Assembly (NCBI RefSeq): GCF_009834535.1
Contig: NC_045697.1
Location: forward strand, 374,001 to 438,000
Reading direction: 5' to 3'
Source: Camelus ferus
Taxonomy: Eukaryota
Length of the DNA: 64,000 bases
In this document: positions 1-16,800 of the stretch, one piece after another
How the letters are laid out: each line of letters starts with the position of its first letter
Position numbering within the stretch: the first letter of the stretch is position 1
Made by a program: the position numbers and the translations under genes
Notes under the pieces: generated by a model
What the model saw: only the letters and a program-made list of their open reading frames with translations
Told to the model about the DNA's origin: nothing
The model's database searches: none

Positions 1-2027
1 ACAGGTGAGTGTCTTGGGTCCTGGGGCCTTGCTGGCCAAGACCCAGTCTTCCCTTCACCCCAGTAGGCCCCCTGAACCGCAGACTTCTCTACCTCAGGCA
101 GGGCCAGCAGGACCCTGGTGTGCAGAGTGATCTGCATGGGGCACCAGGTCTCCAGTGCCTTCTGCCTGCTGGAGCCACCCTGGGCTTGCCTCCGGCTGAC
201 TCCTGTGCCACATGGTTATTTCCTTAAATATTGGTCTTTAAATCACTGTTTTAAGTTGTTGAGGACACTTATTTGGAAAGGAAACAGTGTATCCCTACCA
301 CAAGTGAAAGGCTGGGCAGACAGCTGTTCTCACCTCCAGGGCCCTGAGAACTGGACTCCAGCGCTCCCACTTCCAGAAGAGAGGACTCGCCTCTCCTGCC
401 AGCTGGAGGGCACCGTCCCACCCTAAAACCCAGATCAAGGCTAGAGGTTCTCCCCAGTGGCTGGTCTGTGTCCCACAGCCGCACGCCGCCTGCATCTCCC
501 CGTCTGAGCACTCTCGGCCCTTCCTCACGCATTTACCTACCCCCGCGTGAGATCCCAGCTCCGCGCCCCATCTCCCCGTCAGTACTGTCAGTACTCGCTG
601 CCCAGGTTCCCACCCCGCGCATTTCCACACATACTCTCGCCCTGCGTTCCCCTCACCACCCAGCACGCACGGCCGGGGACCCCGTCCCGCGCCCTGCGCC
701 CCCTCCTGATTGCTGACCCAGTGGAGCATGCGCTGCCTCGTCCCCACCCCGCATGTGCCCCCCCCCACAACGCTGGAGCACGCAAGGCCCGGGGCCCTGC
801 CCCCGCGCCCCCCCCCCCAGCTCTCACCGGGCTGCTGCGTCCTCGCTGCGCACGCGCTCAGGGCCAGGGATGGGGGTGGGGGGATTCCTGGTGCAGCCTG
901 GCGCACCCTGAATGAGGCCCTTGTGTAGCCGCTGTGGCTCAGCCCACGTGCAGGGCCAGGAGCTGGTAGCGACCTGCCTGTGCCTCGTGCCCAGGTTCCG
1001 CCCCTTGCAGGGCAGCAGGATGACGAGGCTCTCGGGCTGGATGGTGGCCCGATCTGCGTCTGCGACCTAGGCTTCTCTGCAAGGGGAGTGCCGGGGTGGG
1101 CTGCGCTCTACACCTTATGGCTCAGCCTCCTCCCTCGCTTTGATCTCTCAAATTCCCCTCCTAACGGGGGCTGAGACCAGTGGAGGCCTAGGCACTGACA
1201 GTGGGGCCCAAGGACTGTTCCCCAGGGTTCCTTGGCCTGGAATCACCCCAGGGTTGGGTCTTCTGGTCCCGAGGGGCAGGTGTACTGGCTGGCCTCCAGG
1301 GCATCCTGGGGTGCTGAGGCTGGACGGGTCAGGAGTAGCAGGCTGGGGATGGCTCTGCGGCTGGGGCTTCTCTCGTGGCGCCCTGCTGGCCCAGGGCACT
1401 GAGCTTGGGAACAGCATTTACCCGAGGCCAGGTCCACTTCTGCCCCGAGTCGTCCTAGCGCTGCCGGGATCTGTGGAGAAATCCTGGAACCCGTGCCTGT
1501 GCCTCCACTTTACATGTGGCGCCCGTCGCCCATGCCTACGCCCCTACCCCCCACCTGTGGGACTTTGGAACCCATCTGATGCTGCGCATTTAATTTTTAC
1601 CCAAGTGTTTGTTCTCTTTCTTTGCTACCGGTTGTGACCTTTGGAGTGGGGGAGGGGCCGGTCCCCGCTGCGCACGTGCTGTGGGGCTGGGCCCCAGAGG
1701 CGGGAAGAGGCAGCTGGCACAGCCTGTCCTGCGAGCGCAAGCAGGGTGTGCGGCCAGGCAGGAGCCAGAGGTACCAGGAGGTGCGTGGTGGCGGGACCTG
1801 GGCCCAGGCTCGGCCTTGACCTTGTGCAAAGTGAGGAGTGGGGGAGAGGAGACGCGCAAGGGAGGTGTTGACTTGTCCAGATCCTCGCTGTGTTGGGAGG
1901 ACAGCGCTGGGCTGGCCAGCTTGGCGTGGGATGGGGAGGCTCACAGACCAAGAGCAGTTCCGGGCGGGATTCCACCGACATCCCTCCTCGCCCCACCCCC
2001 GCCGCCGCGGACGCGGCACAAACCCGG

Positions 2028-2046
2028 CAGCCACGAGAGGGCGCAG
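2028..2046 (+). promoter_or_regulatory. Candidate CTCF site in a CpG-rich patch of IDUA intron 2
   Basis: CAGCCACGAGAGGGCGCAG closely resembles the CTCF core CCASYAGRKGGCRS; motif only. Confidence 0.45.
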
Positions 2047-2611
2047 TTGCACTCCCGGTGAGACGTTTCCGCCCCCCTCCCTCAGGTCTGTTGATGCGCC
2101 AGGCTTGTCCTCACTGGAAGCCCTCAGACCCCCTACCAGCCCACCTGCCTGTGCTCCTCACCAGCCAAGACCCGCAGCCTGAGCTCACCGCTGGCTGCTG
2201 CATCGCCCTCAGCTCCAGGCGGGGTGCTCTGCTCGTCCCGCTCCCTGGCCTAGGCCTGACCACCGAGCACCAGCTTCCTGGCCCAGCCCCCAACACCAGG
2301 TCCACCTCTGGGTGTCCACTTCCACAGGGCAGATCCGAGCCCTGTCTGACTCCCAGCTTATCCCTGCCTGCTTCTGCCAACTGCATCCCACATCCAGTTG
2401 CTTGAGCAAGTCCCAGGGGTTGGGCTGAACTCCCTTTTCCAGCTCACCTCCAGTCCATCAGCAGCCACTGTCCCCTCTACCTCCGAAATCCAGCTGCTCC
2501 TGCACCCTCTGGACACCACCCAGTCCAGGCACCACTCCTCTCCCTGAAGGACTTTCTCCCAGCTCCCACTCTCGCTCCAATTGGCCGAGGAAGGGATCCT
2601 TTCAAAACATC

Positions 2612-3080
2612 ATGGCAAAGGCGAAACTATGGAAGTGGGGAGGGTATAGCTCAAGCAGTAGAGCGCATGCTTAGCATGTGTGAGGTCCTGGGTTCAATCC
2701 CCGGTACCTCCTCTAAAAATCAGCAAATAAACTTAATTACCTCTCCCCGCCAAAGAAAAATGCAAGGCTATGGAGACAGTAAAAAGATTAGGGGTTGGAG
2801 GGCAGGGAGAACAGGTGGTGCACAGAGGGTTTCCAGGGCTGGGAAACCACTGTGTGATAGTGCAGTGGTAGACACACTCAGAGAGTGCACTTCTCCCATG
2901 ATCCCTAATGTAAACCATGGATCTGGGGGGATTGTGATGTGTCAGTGTAGGATTGTCAGTCATAACAAATATTCTGACATGTTGGTCATGGGGGAGGCTG
3001 TGCCTGTGGGGCGGGGCAGGGGTAAATGGGAAATCTCTGTACTTTCATCTCCATTTTGCTCTAAAAAAAATTGTCTTAAA
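2612..3080 (+). mobile_element. Ancient L1 3'-end fragment (L1MC-like), split by a SINE
   Basis: ctatggagacagtaaaaagat..., ccctaatgtaaaccatgga, atgtgtcagtgtagg, gggaaatctctgtactttc...ttttgctctaaaaaa resemble the L1MC 3'UTR. Confidence 0.75.
2637..2760 (+). mobile_element. tRNA(Ala)-derived SINE, Vic-1-like (camelid)
   Basis: GGGGAGGGTATAGCTCAAGCAGTAGAGCGCATGCTTAGCATG...GGTTCAATCCCCGGTACCTCC (A and B boxes), then aaataaacttaattacctctcccc and an A-rich tail; degenerate ...ctatgga duplication on both flanks. Confidence 0.85.
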
Positions 3081-4022
3081 CACACAGGCATACACACAAT
3101 GTCACAGCACTGCTCTGCTTGGATTCCTGAAAGGACTCCCTTATTTAACCCTGAGTCAGGGTCCCATCCTCACCATGGTCACAATTCCTTGTAAGACCTC
3201 ATTGCTCAGAACTCACACCCTTATTCTGCCCCTGGCCCACTAGCTGCCTTTCTGCTGCTTGACCACCAAGAGTTCATTTCTACCTCAGGGCCTTTGCACA
3301 TGCCTTCCATCTGTTCCCCAAGGCATTCTCATTGCTGGCTGGATCCATCACTTGGTAGGTCTTAGATGTCACCTCGCAGAGGCCCTCCCTGCCTGACCCT
3401 TTGCTCTGTGTCACATCCCCTTCAAGTCACGTCTGATGTGCTCCTGAAGGTTTGAGTAGTTACCCAACAATGCCTGTACCCTTTCGGACTATAAGCCCCA
3501 TGGGAATTGACCCAAGTCTGGGAAAAGTGTGGGGTGGGGGGAGAGGGGACGGGAGGCTGCGCTTCCTTTTCTCCTGCCTGTCCCTATTGCCTCTCAAAGT
3601 GTGGGAGCCGAGGCAGGAGTCCTGTTGAGCCAAGTCTGGGGCCCTAACCACCAGGAGGGGCAGGGCAGCAGGATATGGTAACTGCCAGGTCCCTCCAGGC
3701 TCTAATCCCACAGCCTCCCACTTCACTGCACCCCACCACCCACTCCATCCTCTTGTACCTGCCCCATCCCACTCCTGAGCCCCAGGCTGTTCTGAGTCCC
3801 TGAAGGCTTGGAGTGGGATTCCAATACAGGCACACTAGTTCATACTAGGCTGTGAGTGTCTAATCAGCTGATGTCATTCATGTTTTCCAAGGAGAGGGGC
3901 CCACTGAATTGGGAGCCTAGTCCTGCGTGGCACCTTGCAGGCTCCCTACCTGCTTGAATGTGGCCATAGTTCCAGACCCGAGCCCACCTTTCCCAACCCT
4001 GATATTAAGTGTCCTTCTACAG

Positions 4023-7535
<3,513 letters not shown>

Positions 7536-8670
7536 GGGCCACTGCTGCCCGGCGATGAGCCTGTGCTGACCGGTGAGCTGGGGCGGCCAGGGGCCCTGCT
7601 GGGCTGGACCACCATCAGCCTGTCCGACAGTCACCCCCTCTGTTTGCCCCTCCTGCCCCTCACTCAACCTCTTAAAGTGCCTTTCCACACACAGTCTCCG
7701 GGAAAGCCTTTGTCAGGGGCGCTAGGCAGATGTGGGGCCTGTTGGTCAGAGCCCCCTCCCCACCTGTGGGAGCTGGGATGGGGTGCAGGTTGAGGTAGAC
7801 AGGTGTGAGCTACGGGAGGGGCGAGGTGTGGACTGCATTGGAGTTAGGGTCTCTGGTGTCACCTCCGGGAGCAGCAGGCCCCACTCCCGTCTCCTGCAGG
7901 GTGGGGGCTAAGGGTGCCCTGCGAGTGGAGTGAGCCTGGGACAGAGCCCAGAGGGTTATCCACTCCCTGAGGCCCAGCCAGGCTGTCCCCTACCCCTTGC
8001 CAGGCTGCCTGGCCCAGGCTGTGTCCAGCAGAAGAAATGGCCAGCAGTGTCCACTCTTGGTCATCCTGGCTCCTTGTCTGGGCCCAGAAGGAAAGAGATG
8101 GCGTATTCATGACCTGGGGACTGTTTATAGAGATGTGGGCAGGGGGCAGGGAAGCCACAGGGGGTGGTGCCGAGCCTCAGGGCCCCTCCCCACAGCCACC
8201 CCTGCCCCAGGGCAGGTGGAGAGACGGAGGAAGGAGGGGAGAAGCTGCCCAGCAAAGACCCTCAGGCCAGGGATGCACCAGCCTGGGGCACTGCCAGCAG
8301 AAGTGGGGCCCCGACCCCACACTCCTCTCTCCACTGCCCACCCCAAGCTGCCTGGGCACAAGGGTGGTGGGGCCGTGGGCCTGGAAGGCCCAGTCACCCC
8401 TCTGGCTCCCCTGAAACCTACCACCCCCCCATCCATGTGGAAACTCAGGGCACACCAGTTCCCACCAGCAGTCTCGTCTTGGGCAAGAGATGTTTGGCCA
8501 CATTTCTGCATGAACCGCAGAGCCAGTCCCTGGTCTGGGGACTTCAGGGCTTGGTGACTGGGGGACCCCGACCGTCTTGCTGGGGCCCCGTTGTGACCAT
8601 ACAAGGGGCACTAGGGGTGCCTGGTGGGCATTGTTCCTGGGCATTGTCTTCCTGCCTCATCACCATGTGC

Positions 8671-9042
8671 TGTCTGAGCCTGGCCCCCGTGACAGAGCAT
8701 GGTGGGCTGGCGGCCCGAGCAGCGGTCACTCCTCTCCTCCCAGACCTGGAGACCGGAGTCTGAGGTCAGGGTGCCCGGGGGGGCTGGTTCCTCCTGAGAC
8801 CTCTCTCCTTGGCTTGCACAAGGCTGCCTTCTCCCATGTTGTTATGTGGCTGTCCCTCTGTGTGTGTCTGTGTCCTAATCTCTTCTTACAAGGCCACCAG
8901 CCAGGTGAGAGTAGGGCCCACCCACATGACCTCATTGCAATCACCTCTTTAGAGGCCCATCTCCAAATACAACCACATTCTGAGGTCCTGGGGGTTAGAA
9001 CTCAGTGTATGAATTTTGGGGGACACAGTTCTGCCCGTAACA
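8671..9042 (-). mobile_element. MaLR solo LTR (MLT1A-like)
   Basis: Ends in catctccaaatacaaccacattctgaggtcctgggggttag...tatgaattttgggggacacagttctgcccgtaaca, the reverse complement of the MLT1 5' end; internal ctctctccttggcttgca and atgacctcatt motifs. Confidence 0.85.
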
Positions 9043-12000
9043 AGCCTCGACCTCCTTTCCCCGTGGTGATGGGGCTCCATCACCCCAGCGGTCAAGCATT
9101 CTCTTCTCCAGCCACTGGCTCAGTGGCCTGAGGACCGGTGATGGTCAGAGCCTTCTCAGCTTCTAGCTTCCTTGGAGGGGGACTGGGTTCCCTGGCTCCT
9201 TCCTTGGACGCAGGACCTACAAGTCCACAGAGCAGAGATCCCACGGAGCAGTGGGGTGTGCAGTAGGGGAGGCTCTGTGCAAAGCAGTACCACAGGGTCA
9301 AAGCTTGCCAGTCAGCTTCCCGGCAGGAGCCTGCTGCTGTCTGCCCTGGTGGTAAGATAGGCCCCTCCTTTAGAGGCTACTGCGGCCCTGAGGCAGTTGG
9401 GGCGGGTGGGGGACTAGGCACTGGCACCCATGTCGTGGCCAGGACAGAAAAGCCACATCTGTCTCCGGGGTAAGTCACCATCTCCGCTCTGATTGTGGCT
9501 CACGTGTTGTCCGGCAGCTACCAGGTTGCTGGCATGTCCCCACCCTCTGACCTTGCTTTGATCTTTGCTGGTTTGGGGTCATTGGGCTTGGAGCCGGGCT
9601 GAGAGTTCAGGGAGCCACGGAACCGACCCCCACACAGCCTCTGACCCTGCTGCCACGGCCACTTTGCACCTGGGCCCATGGAGTGGTCCTTGGGCTGGCA
9701 GAAAGAGGCTGACGTCGCCATGTCTTGTTTACAAGAGCCGCTGATGTGGGGGACGCTTCCCGGACCAGTGTGGCCTTTCTGCAGGACACAGCACCCTCGC
9801 CGTCCCTCTCCTTAGACCTCTCTGTCCTCGAGCTTTCCGTCTTGGTCTTTCTGAGTCTGGCCCCAGTGGCCAGCCTCTTGGGTGCTGCCTGTTGTAAGCC
9901 AAGCTTGAGCCAGATGTGCACCTTGGTGCCGCCCTCTGGGAGTGAGCGGGAAGTGCCTCGGGGGGCCCCGGGTGCGGGCCGAGGGAGAGGCGGTGGTCCG
10001 GGGGGAGCCAGCGCCTCCCGGGCGGGCACCAGCCGCCCTCCAGACGCGCCTGGGCCTGGGCTCCAGTATCTACGCCTCAGGACAGAGTGCTCTGCGCGCC
10101 GGCTCGGCCCGGTGGTGGGGCGGGAGCTGCCCCAGGGCGCAGATGCCAGCCCGGAGCTGCTTTTCCAGGGAATTTTGAGAGGAGGAAGTGGCCTTGCTCC
10201 AGGCTGCCCAGACTGACCCCCGGGGCAGGTGGCCTGCACCGCGCCTGGACAGTGTTGCCTGCAGCCCAGGAAATGGGTCAGAACAGCAGGTGCAGACATG
10301 GCACATGCTGCCCCCACACCCAGAGTCCCGTGAGCCCTGGGCCCCTTAGGAGCAGCTGGTGCAGTGTGACCGGCCCCACTTCACGGGGACCATCCCCCGA
10401 GCCCAGACTCTCAGACCCGAGGCTTCCCTGGAGGCTCCTGAACTTCCGTGGGTTTATCCCCCCCCCCAACTCAGCAAGCACCGTCTTACTGAGGCATCTG
10501 GTGTGCTGGTCACCTCTCGGCCCCCTGTCTGATCAGCAGTGTCACCAAGGAAACCGGGACCCTGGGCCATATGAAGACAGTCGGAAAGCTGTTGCCTTGA
10601 GGTGACTGCAGAGGTGCGCCGCTGTCCCTATCCCGTGAGGGAGCCTGCTGGTCGTCCCTGACAGGGAGAGAAAGCATTTGCCGGGTCAGCTGCGTGTCAG
10701 GCCCCCAGGCTGTGTGACTGTCCCCAGCGACAACACCACATCCAGACCTCAGCTCACTGGTGTTGCCACAGGTTACGCTGTGATCATGGCACTCTACACC
10801 CATCTGGCAGGTGATTTGGAGAAGAGAGAAGGGACACCCTCCTCATGTTCCCCAGGTTTCTGACTCTCTGCAGCTTTCCCAGAAACGTGGTGATGTTTTT
10901 GGTTTAGCAGGGAGGGCAGGCCTGGGGGCTTCCAGGACAGCCCTCCCTGCGCAGGTCGAGGGTCCAGCGTGGGGTGGCCGCTGCAGCCCTCTCTACCATC
11001 TGGGGACACACAAACTGCAGGCAGGGCCTGCAGGACCCGTGCGCTCACAGACTGAGGTCAGGGCCCTGTTTGCCCAGCAGCGGAGGTGTTCAGGTGAGCG
11101 GGAACTGGCGTCATCCATAAGCCACAGGAGCCTAGCGGGCCTCTCCACGCGACAGTCACTTGCAGACCCCGCAGGTACCCCTTACATTCCTGGGGACACA
11201 TGTGACTGTTTAGGTGGTTCTTTTTCAGGGGGGTCTGGCCTCCCCTCCATTAAGGGCTCTTGTGAGCCACTTAGTTCTAGGAACTGGGCACAAGGTCCTG
11301 GCCTCGCAGTGACAAGTGTGTCAGAGCTGCCAGCAGGCCTCCGATTTTCTGGCTGCTTGTGCTTCTAGCCTCCAGAAGCCGCCCGGAGCCGGCCCTCTCG
11401 TGCCTGCCGAGGGCCCGTGCTTCAAAGGCTCGTGTGTGCTTCACCTGGGGTCTTGTTAAACATGGTCTGACTGGGACTGGGCCTGAGACTGCCTGCAACT
11501 CTGGTTGCTGCTGGTCCCAGGAGCACGCGTGGGGCTCAGCAGTCCCCAGGGCGTGTGGGGAAGTGGCCACAGGCCAGCCTCCCAACCATCGACTCCACTG
11601 CCAGGGGCTCGGGCCAGTGCAGTAGGCCTGGTTCTGAGCAGCCGCGTCCATCCCACCTCCCTTGTGTGCGGTGATGGGTTCACTGCCACCATACTTCCCG
11701 GGATCCTGCCAGTGTGACCAGCGAGGCTGAGGGCTCCCTCCTCCTGCAACGCTGGCCATCAGGCTGTGTGGGCAGCCGGGATGGGGACAGGCTTTACATG
11801 GGGGGGAGGGGTCCCCAGTGAGGGGACCTGGCAGTGTTGGGGCCCTGCCCCTCTGTCCCTGTTTCCTTTCCTTGAAAATTGCTATAACGTGATTTTCCAG
11901 CCACTGAGATTAAAGCCTATGATACCAAATAAAAAACAAATAAAATCTTAAAAAAAATTGCTGCTCCTGACCAAACAGAGGCCTCATCAGTGTCCAGCCT

Positions 12001-13899
12001 TCTGTCGGGCAGTGGCTCATAGAACTGGCCCTGTGGCCACAGGAGAAGAGCCGCGGGGCCCCTGACACCCCTGTGCCCCCAGCTCTCAGTTCTGCCTCTT
12101 CCGTTTCAAGGGAGGAGAGATGCCCAGACTTTATCAGCACTGCAGTCGCCATGGCAACCAGCCCTTTCCTTCCACCCACACCAGCCCAGCTCACAGCCAC
12201 TGAGGAACTTGAGTAGCCTTGGTACCGTTGCCCACCTGCAAGGCCAGCCCCCAGCGCCTCACATCTGTGGGTCACCTGTTGCCGGAACCCCATGTGGAGG
12301 CTCTGTGTCCTGGGGCCGCCCCCAGTCCCACTGGTCTGGGCCCCAGCGGGAGGACACGCATGCCTGTGGAAGAGCTTCCGGGCCCAGGTTGAGGAGGCCG
12401 GTCAGGAGCAGAAACCCCCAGGGGAACCCCTGTGGGGGAGGGCAGAGGGCGGGCATTACCCCTCCCATCGTGAAGGAGGAAGAGAGGGCTGCCCCGCCCT
12501 GTGCAAGCCCAGGTGACAGGTGAAGGCAGAGGTGCCAGATGCCACCACACGCCTGGGCGTGACCCGGGCCCCAGAACAGGGAGGGGGAGGCAGGAGGCCC
12601 ACTAAGAGGGGTGCAGAGGAACCAGGCCCTTTGTGGGGCCCAGGGCACGAGGGGCTGCACAGGAGGAGAGCTGTCCTGAGCCTGGTGCCCCTACCTGCTG
12701 CCCAGAGGTGGCACTGCGGACCTTGGGTGGTAGGGGATGTGGATGGAGTCCAGCCCTGGGCATGATGGAGCCTCATGACTCACAACCTCAACAGGTGGAG
12801 AGCCCTGGATGCAGCTGCTGGGGTTCATATGGTCCCCATTACCACGGGGCACCACGTGGTCACAGACCTGCTGCCTCCTGGCGTGCAGCCTGAGCACCCT
12901 GACACCCAGTCAGAAGTGCCCCTCAGCCTCCTGGTCCCAGGGTCCCCCCAGGACAGGGGCTGCTGTAGGGTGCTCTGAGAGGCCCCTCCTCACCGAGGCT
13001 GAGGTGGCCCGACGAGGCCAAAGCCCCACTGCCCACCTTCCACGCCCAGCAGAACCCCTCCTGGGGCTCCCGCGCTGCTCGTGGACTGGCTATGCCTCCA
13101 GGTGAGGGAGGCCTGTGGGTGCCAGTGCTAACCCAGCTCCCCTCTACCACTGCCCTAGAAGGTACCAGAGAGAACCTGGGTGGAGCACCGCTGGCGGAGG
13201 ATGGGCGCAGGCTGGTCCCCAGCGGGGAGGCCTGTCCCCTCAGCGGACCTGGTCAGGGTGGCCCAGTATGGCAGTGTCAGTGTCCTGTTCTGGCTTTGGG
13301 CTGGGATCCATTTGGGGATCCAGGGGTGCACATCTGCAAGGCTTGGGGGCCCAACCTCAGCAGGAGTGCTGTTCAGCCCCAGAACTTCGGGGCCCACTTG
13401 GACGGCTGTCCTGCCCAGTGGCCCCATCCAGGCACTCCAGCCACATCCTGTGACAGCCCTGCATGAAACAGGACTGGCCTCACATCCATGCCCCAAGAGC
13501 CCCTGTGGGGACAGGTAACCCTCTGAGCAGAGCTCTGGGTCAAAGCGTAGACCAGGGGCTGCCTTGCCGAGCTCACCCCTTTGTGAGTGGGCACGAGGTC
13601 TCCCCTCCATGGTGTCTATGCTGAGAGTCACCAGTGGTGCCCCGTGTCCCCAAGGAAAGGACAAACAGTGGTGCCAATGCAGGTTCGAGGGTGGAGGCAG
13701 GCCCGGGTCAGGACACAGGAAAAGCTCCAATGAGTCGTCAAGTTGAAATAGCTCACAGGAGAGAAGGTGAAACCAAAAGGAGGTCTTCGGTGCGCTGCAA
13801 AGTCTGACAGCAGCAGCTGCTGCCGGGAGTCTGTCACCTCAGTGGCCTCCCCGGCCCCTCCACGGAGGCCTCTCGTCTATCTTCTTAGCACTTTTTGCT

Positions 13900-16800
13900 T
13901 TGTCTTTAAGAAAAATATATAATAACACCTTTACTGAAGTATAATTGACACAATAAACTGCACTCTTTAAAGCATATGATTTAATAAGTTTTGACAAGTT
14001 CATGTCCATGAAACCAAACACAACATAGATAGCGAGCATTTCCAACCCCCAGAAGCTGAGCCGGGCCCCAGCCCAGGCAGCCCCAGGCCTGCCTCCTGGC
14101 ACTGCAGGCTGACCGGCTCTTCCTAGGGTGCTGTGCAGGTGCCACCACACAGCGTCCTCCCACCAGCACAGTCACCAGGGACAACTGTCCTTGTTGAGTG
14201 TGGGCCCTTCGCGCGTTTTTACTGCTGACTGTGTCCCGTCCGTGGACCCCAACAGTCCATCTGCCTGGTCGCCTCTTGCCGGACATCTGGGTAGGTCCCG
14301 GTTTGGGGCATCTGAGAACAGAGCTTTGTGAAGACATGCACCTCCTCTTCTGTTGGGTAAACACCTGCACGTGGAGCGCAAGTCCCCGAGGCTGGGTCAG
14401 AGGCGCACTTCGCGCTCTAGCGCCTTGCTGAACTGTCTTTCGGAACGGCTGCGTGGGCTCCGGGCCGAGGGCGTGCTCGTGCGCGCTGCCTCCCAGGACG
14501 GACCCTCGTGCAGTGGTCTGGGTTCTTGCTGCCCTGCCAAGTGCACCGACACTACTCCTTTTGCTGCCTTTTTTTTCTTGTAGATTCCATAGAGTGTCTC
14601 AGAGCTGATCAGGTCATTTACAAGTCATACCATTTTACTTATTTTTTTCCAATCTGAACCAGCTTGAACCTCCAGCACAATGTTGACCAACTGCAGAGGC
14701 AGCAACCCCCGGGTCTGCTTCTGGTGAAGGGGAAGCCTGATTCTTCAACAATGAAGTGTGATGTTGGTGGTAACGTTTCTGCAGACGCCTCTTGCTGGGT
14801 TGAGGAAGTCCTTGCCTACGCCAGCTTGCTCAGGTGTTTCTGTTTTTGTTTTTTTTAAATCGGGGATGGGTGTTGGAATCTGTCCAACTGTTCAGCTTTT
14901 TCTGAATCTGTTGAGATAATCATGTGCTTTTCTGTGTGGATATGGTCAGCTACGTTGATTTTTAAATATTAAACCAAATTTGCATCCTTGGGATAAACTC
15001 CACTTGATCATGATGTATTAGCCTTTCTTTATATTGTTGAATTTGTGAACCAAAGTTTAAAATGTTTTGCATCTGTGTTCACGACAGACACTTTTCTGGA
15101 GGTTTCTGTCCTTGTCGTTTTGAGTTTGGCGTCAGAGTAACGCGGGCTTCATGGGATGGGCTGGAAGGTGCTCCCTTCTCTTCACTTTTCTGGTAGTGTT
15201 CCTGTAGAGTGGGTGTCATTTGCTCCTGAAATGTTTTGTAGAATTTCTCAGTGAAGCCATCTGGGCCTGGTGTTTTCTTTGTGGGAAGGTTTTTAACTAA
15301 AAATTCAGATTATTTAATAAATATAGTCAGGTTTTCCATTTCTTCTAGAGTGAGCTGTGGTAGTTCTTGATTTTCAATGAATTTGTCTATTTCTTCTAAG
15401 GTGTCAAAAGTATTGGCATAATTCTTTTAATGTATGGATTACTAATATTGCCTCTCTCAGTCCTAATATTGATAATTTGTCTCTTTTCTCTTTTCTTTCC
15501 CCCAGATCCATGTGTAAGGGATTTATCAATGTGATTGATCTCGAAGAGCCAGCTTCTGATTTCCTGGTTTCCTCTGTCCGATCTTGTTCTGTTTTGCTGT
15601 TTTCTAGCTCGTTGATTTCTAACGTGACCTTTGCTGTTTGGCTCCTTCTGCTTACTCTGGGTTTTGTCTCTGCTCAGGTTCTCTAGTCTCTTTGGAAGGA
15701 AACCGAGTCCTGTCTTCTCAGCTCAGCAGTTAGCACTGTAAGTTTCCAGGCACTGCTTTAACTCCATCCCACAGTTTTCCATATGTTGTCTTTTCCATTC
15801 AGTTCAAAATAATTTTTGATTTTCCTTTTGGTTTCTTCTTCAATGCATTGGAAATTAACGAATAGGTTATTGGTTTGCAAATATTTGAGGAGTTTCCAGA
15901 TATCTTTGGTTAGTGACTTCTAATATAATTCCAATGTGGTCAGACAACATTCTTTGTATGATTTGAATTATTTTAAATATATTGCCACTTGTGGCTCAGA
16001 AAATGTTTGCCTGTTCTATAAATATCCATTAGGCCCATTTAGCTGATAGTGTTGTTCAAGTTTTCTGTATTCCTGATGAGTCTCTGTCTACCTATTGAAT
16101 CAAGAGTTGGGAGAGGAGTGTTGAAATCTCTGAGTACGATTGTGGATTTTCTCGTTTCTCCCTGGTCAGTTCCTGCTTCATGGATTCCTGTCTGCTGTTG
16201 TCAGGTGCATGTACATTTTGGGTTGTTTCATTTTTTCATGATTTCAGAACAGTTCGTTATGAAAAGACCGTGTTTATCTCTGATCACATTCTTGCTCTGA
16301 AATCGACTGTCTGATGTTAGCGCCGCCACTGCAGAGTTCTGATTAGTGCTCGCCAATTTTTCTTTTTCTACTCTTTAACTTTTAACCTGTTTGTATCTAT
16401 ATTTGAAGTCTTTGTAGATGGCTTATAGTTGAATCTTGCTTTTTTTTTTTTTTAACCCTGTCAGGTAACCTCTCTGCCTTTCAATTGGGATGCTTGGATC
16501 ATTTACATTTAGTGTGATTATTGATATGATTGGGTTTAAATCTACCTTCTTGCTATTTATCTTGTATTTGTCTCATCTGTTTTCTCCCTTTTTTTCTGTT
16601 TTCTTTTGGATTATTATTATTTTTAAAATTACTCCCTCTGTCTCTTCTATTACATTCTTAGTTGTTATTCTTTGCTAGTTTATTTTAGTGGTTGTGTTAG
16701 GATTTATGCCATCCATTTTCACTTGTCAATGTCTGCTGGTGAGTGAGATCATACCAGCTCACATGTAGTCGGAGGACCTTACAAACCCATTTCTCATCTT

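Larger units (their letters stand above)
2330..3420 (+). mobile_element. Decayed L2 LINE fragment interrupted by an L1 3' fragment and a SINE (boundaries approximate)
   Basis: L2-typical text cctcagggcctttgcacatgc (~3283), agatgtcacctcgcagaggccctccctg (~3365), ccatcagcag...ccctctacctcc (~2454). Confidence 0.55.

Noticed and set aside
1..10. Strong donor-like ACAG|GTGAGT at the window start
   Set aside because: No upstream context. It is unlikely to be IDUA exon 2, because intron 2 should contain SLC26A1, whose coding exons are not in 1-4022.
2637..2712. tRNA-Ala(AGC)-like sequence (also 60565-60639 on minus)
   Set aside because: Imperfect stems, SINE-specific tail and A-rich end, inserted in L1; a SINE head, not a tRNA gene.
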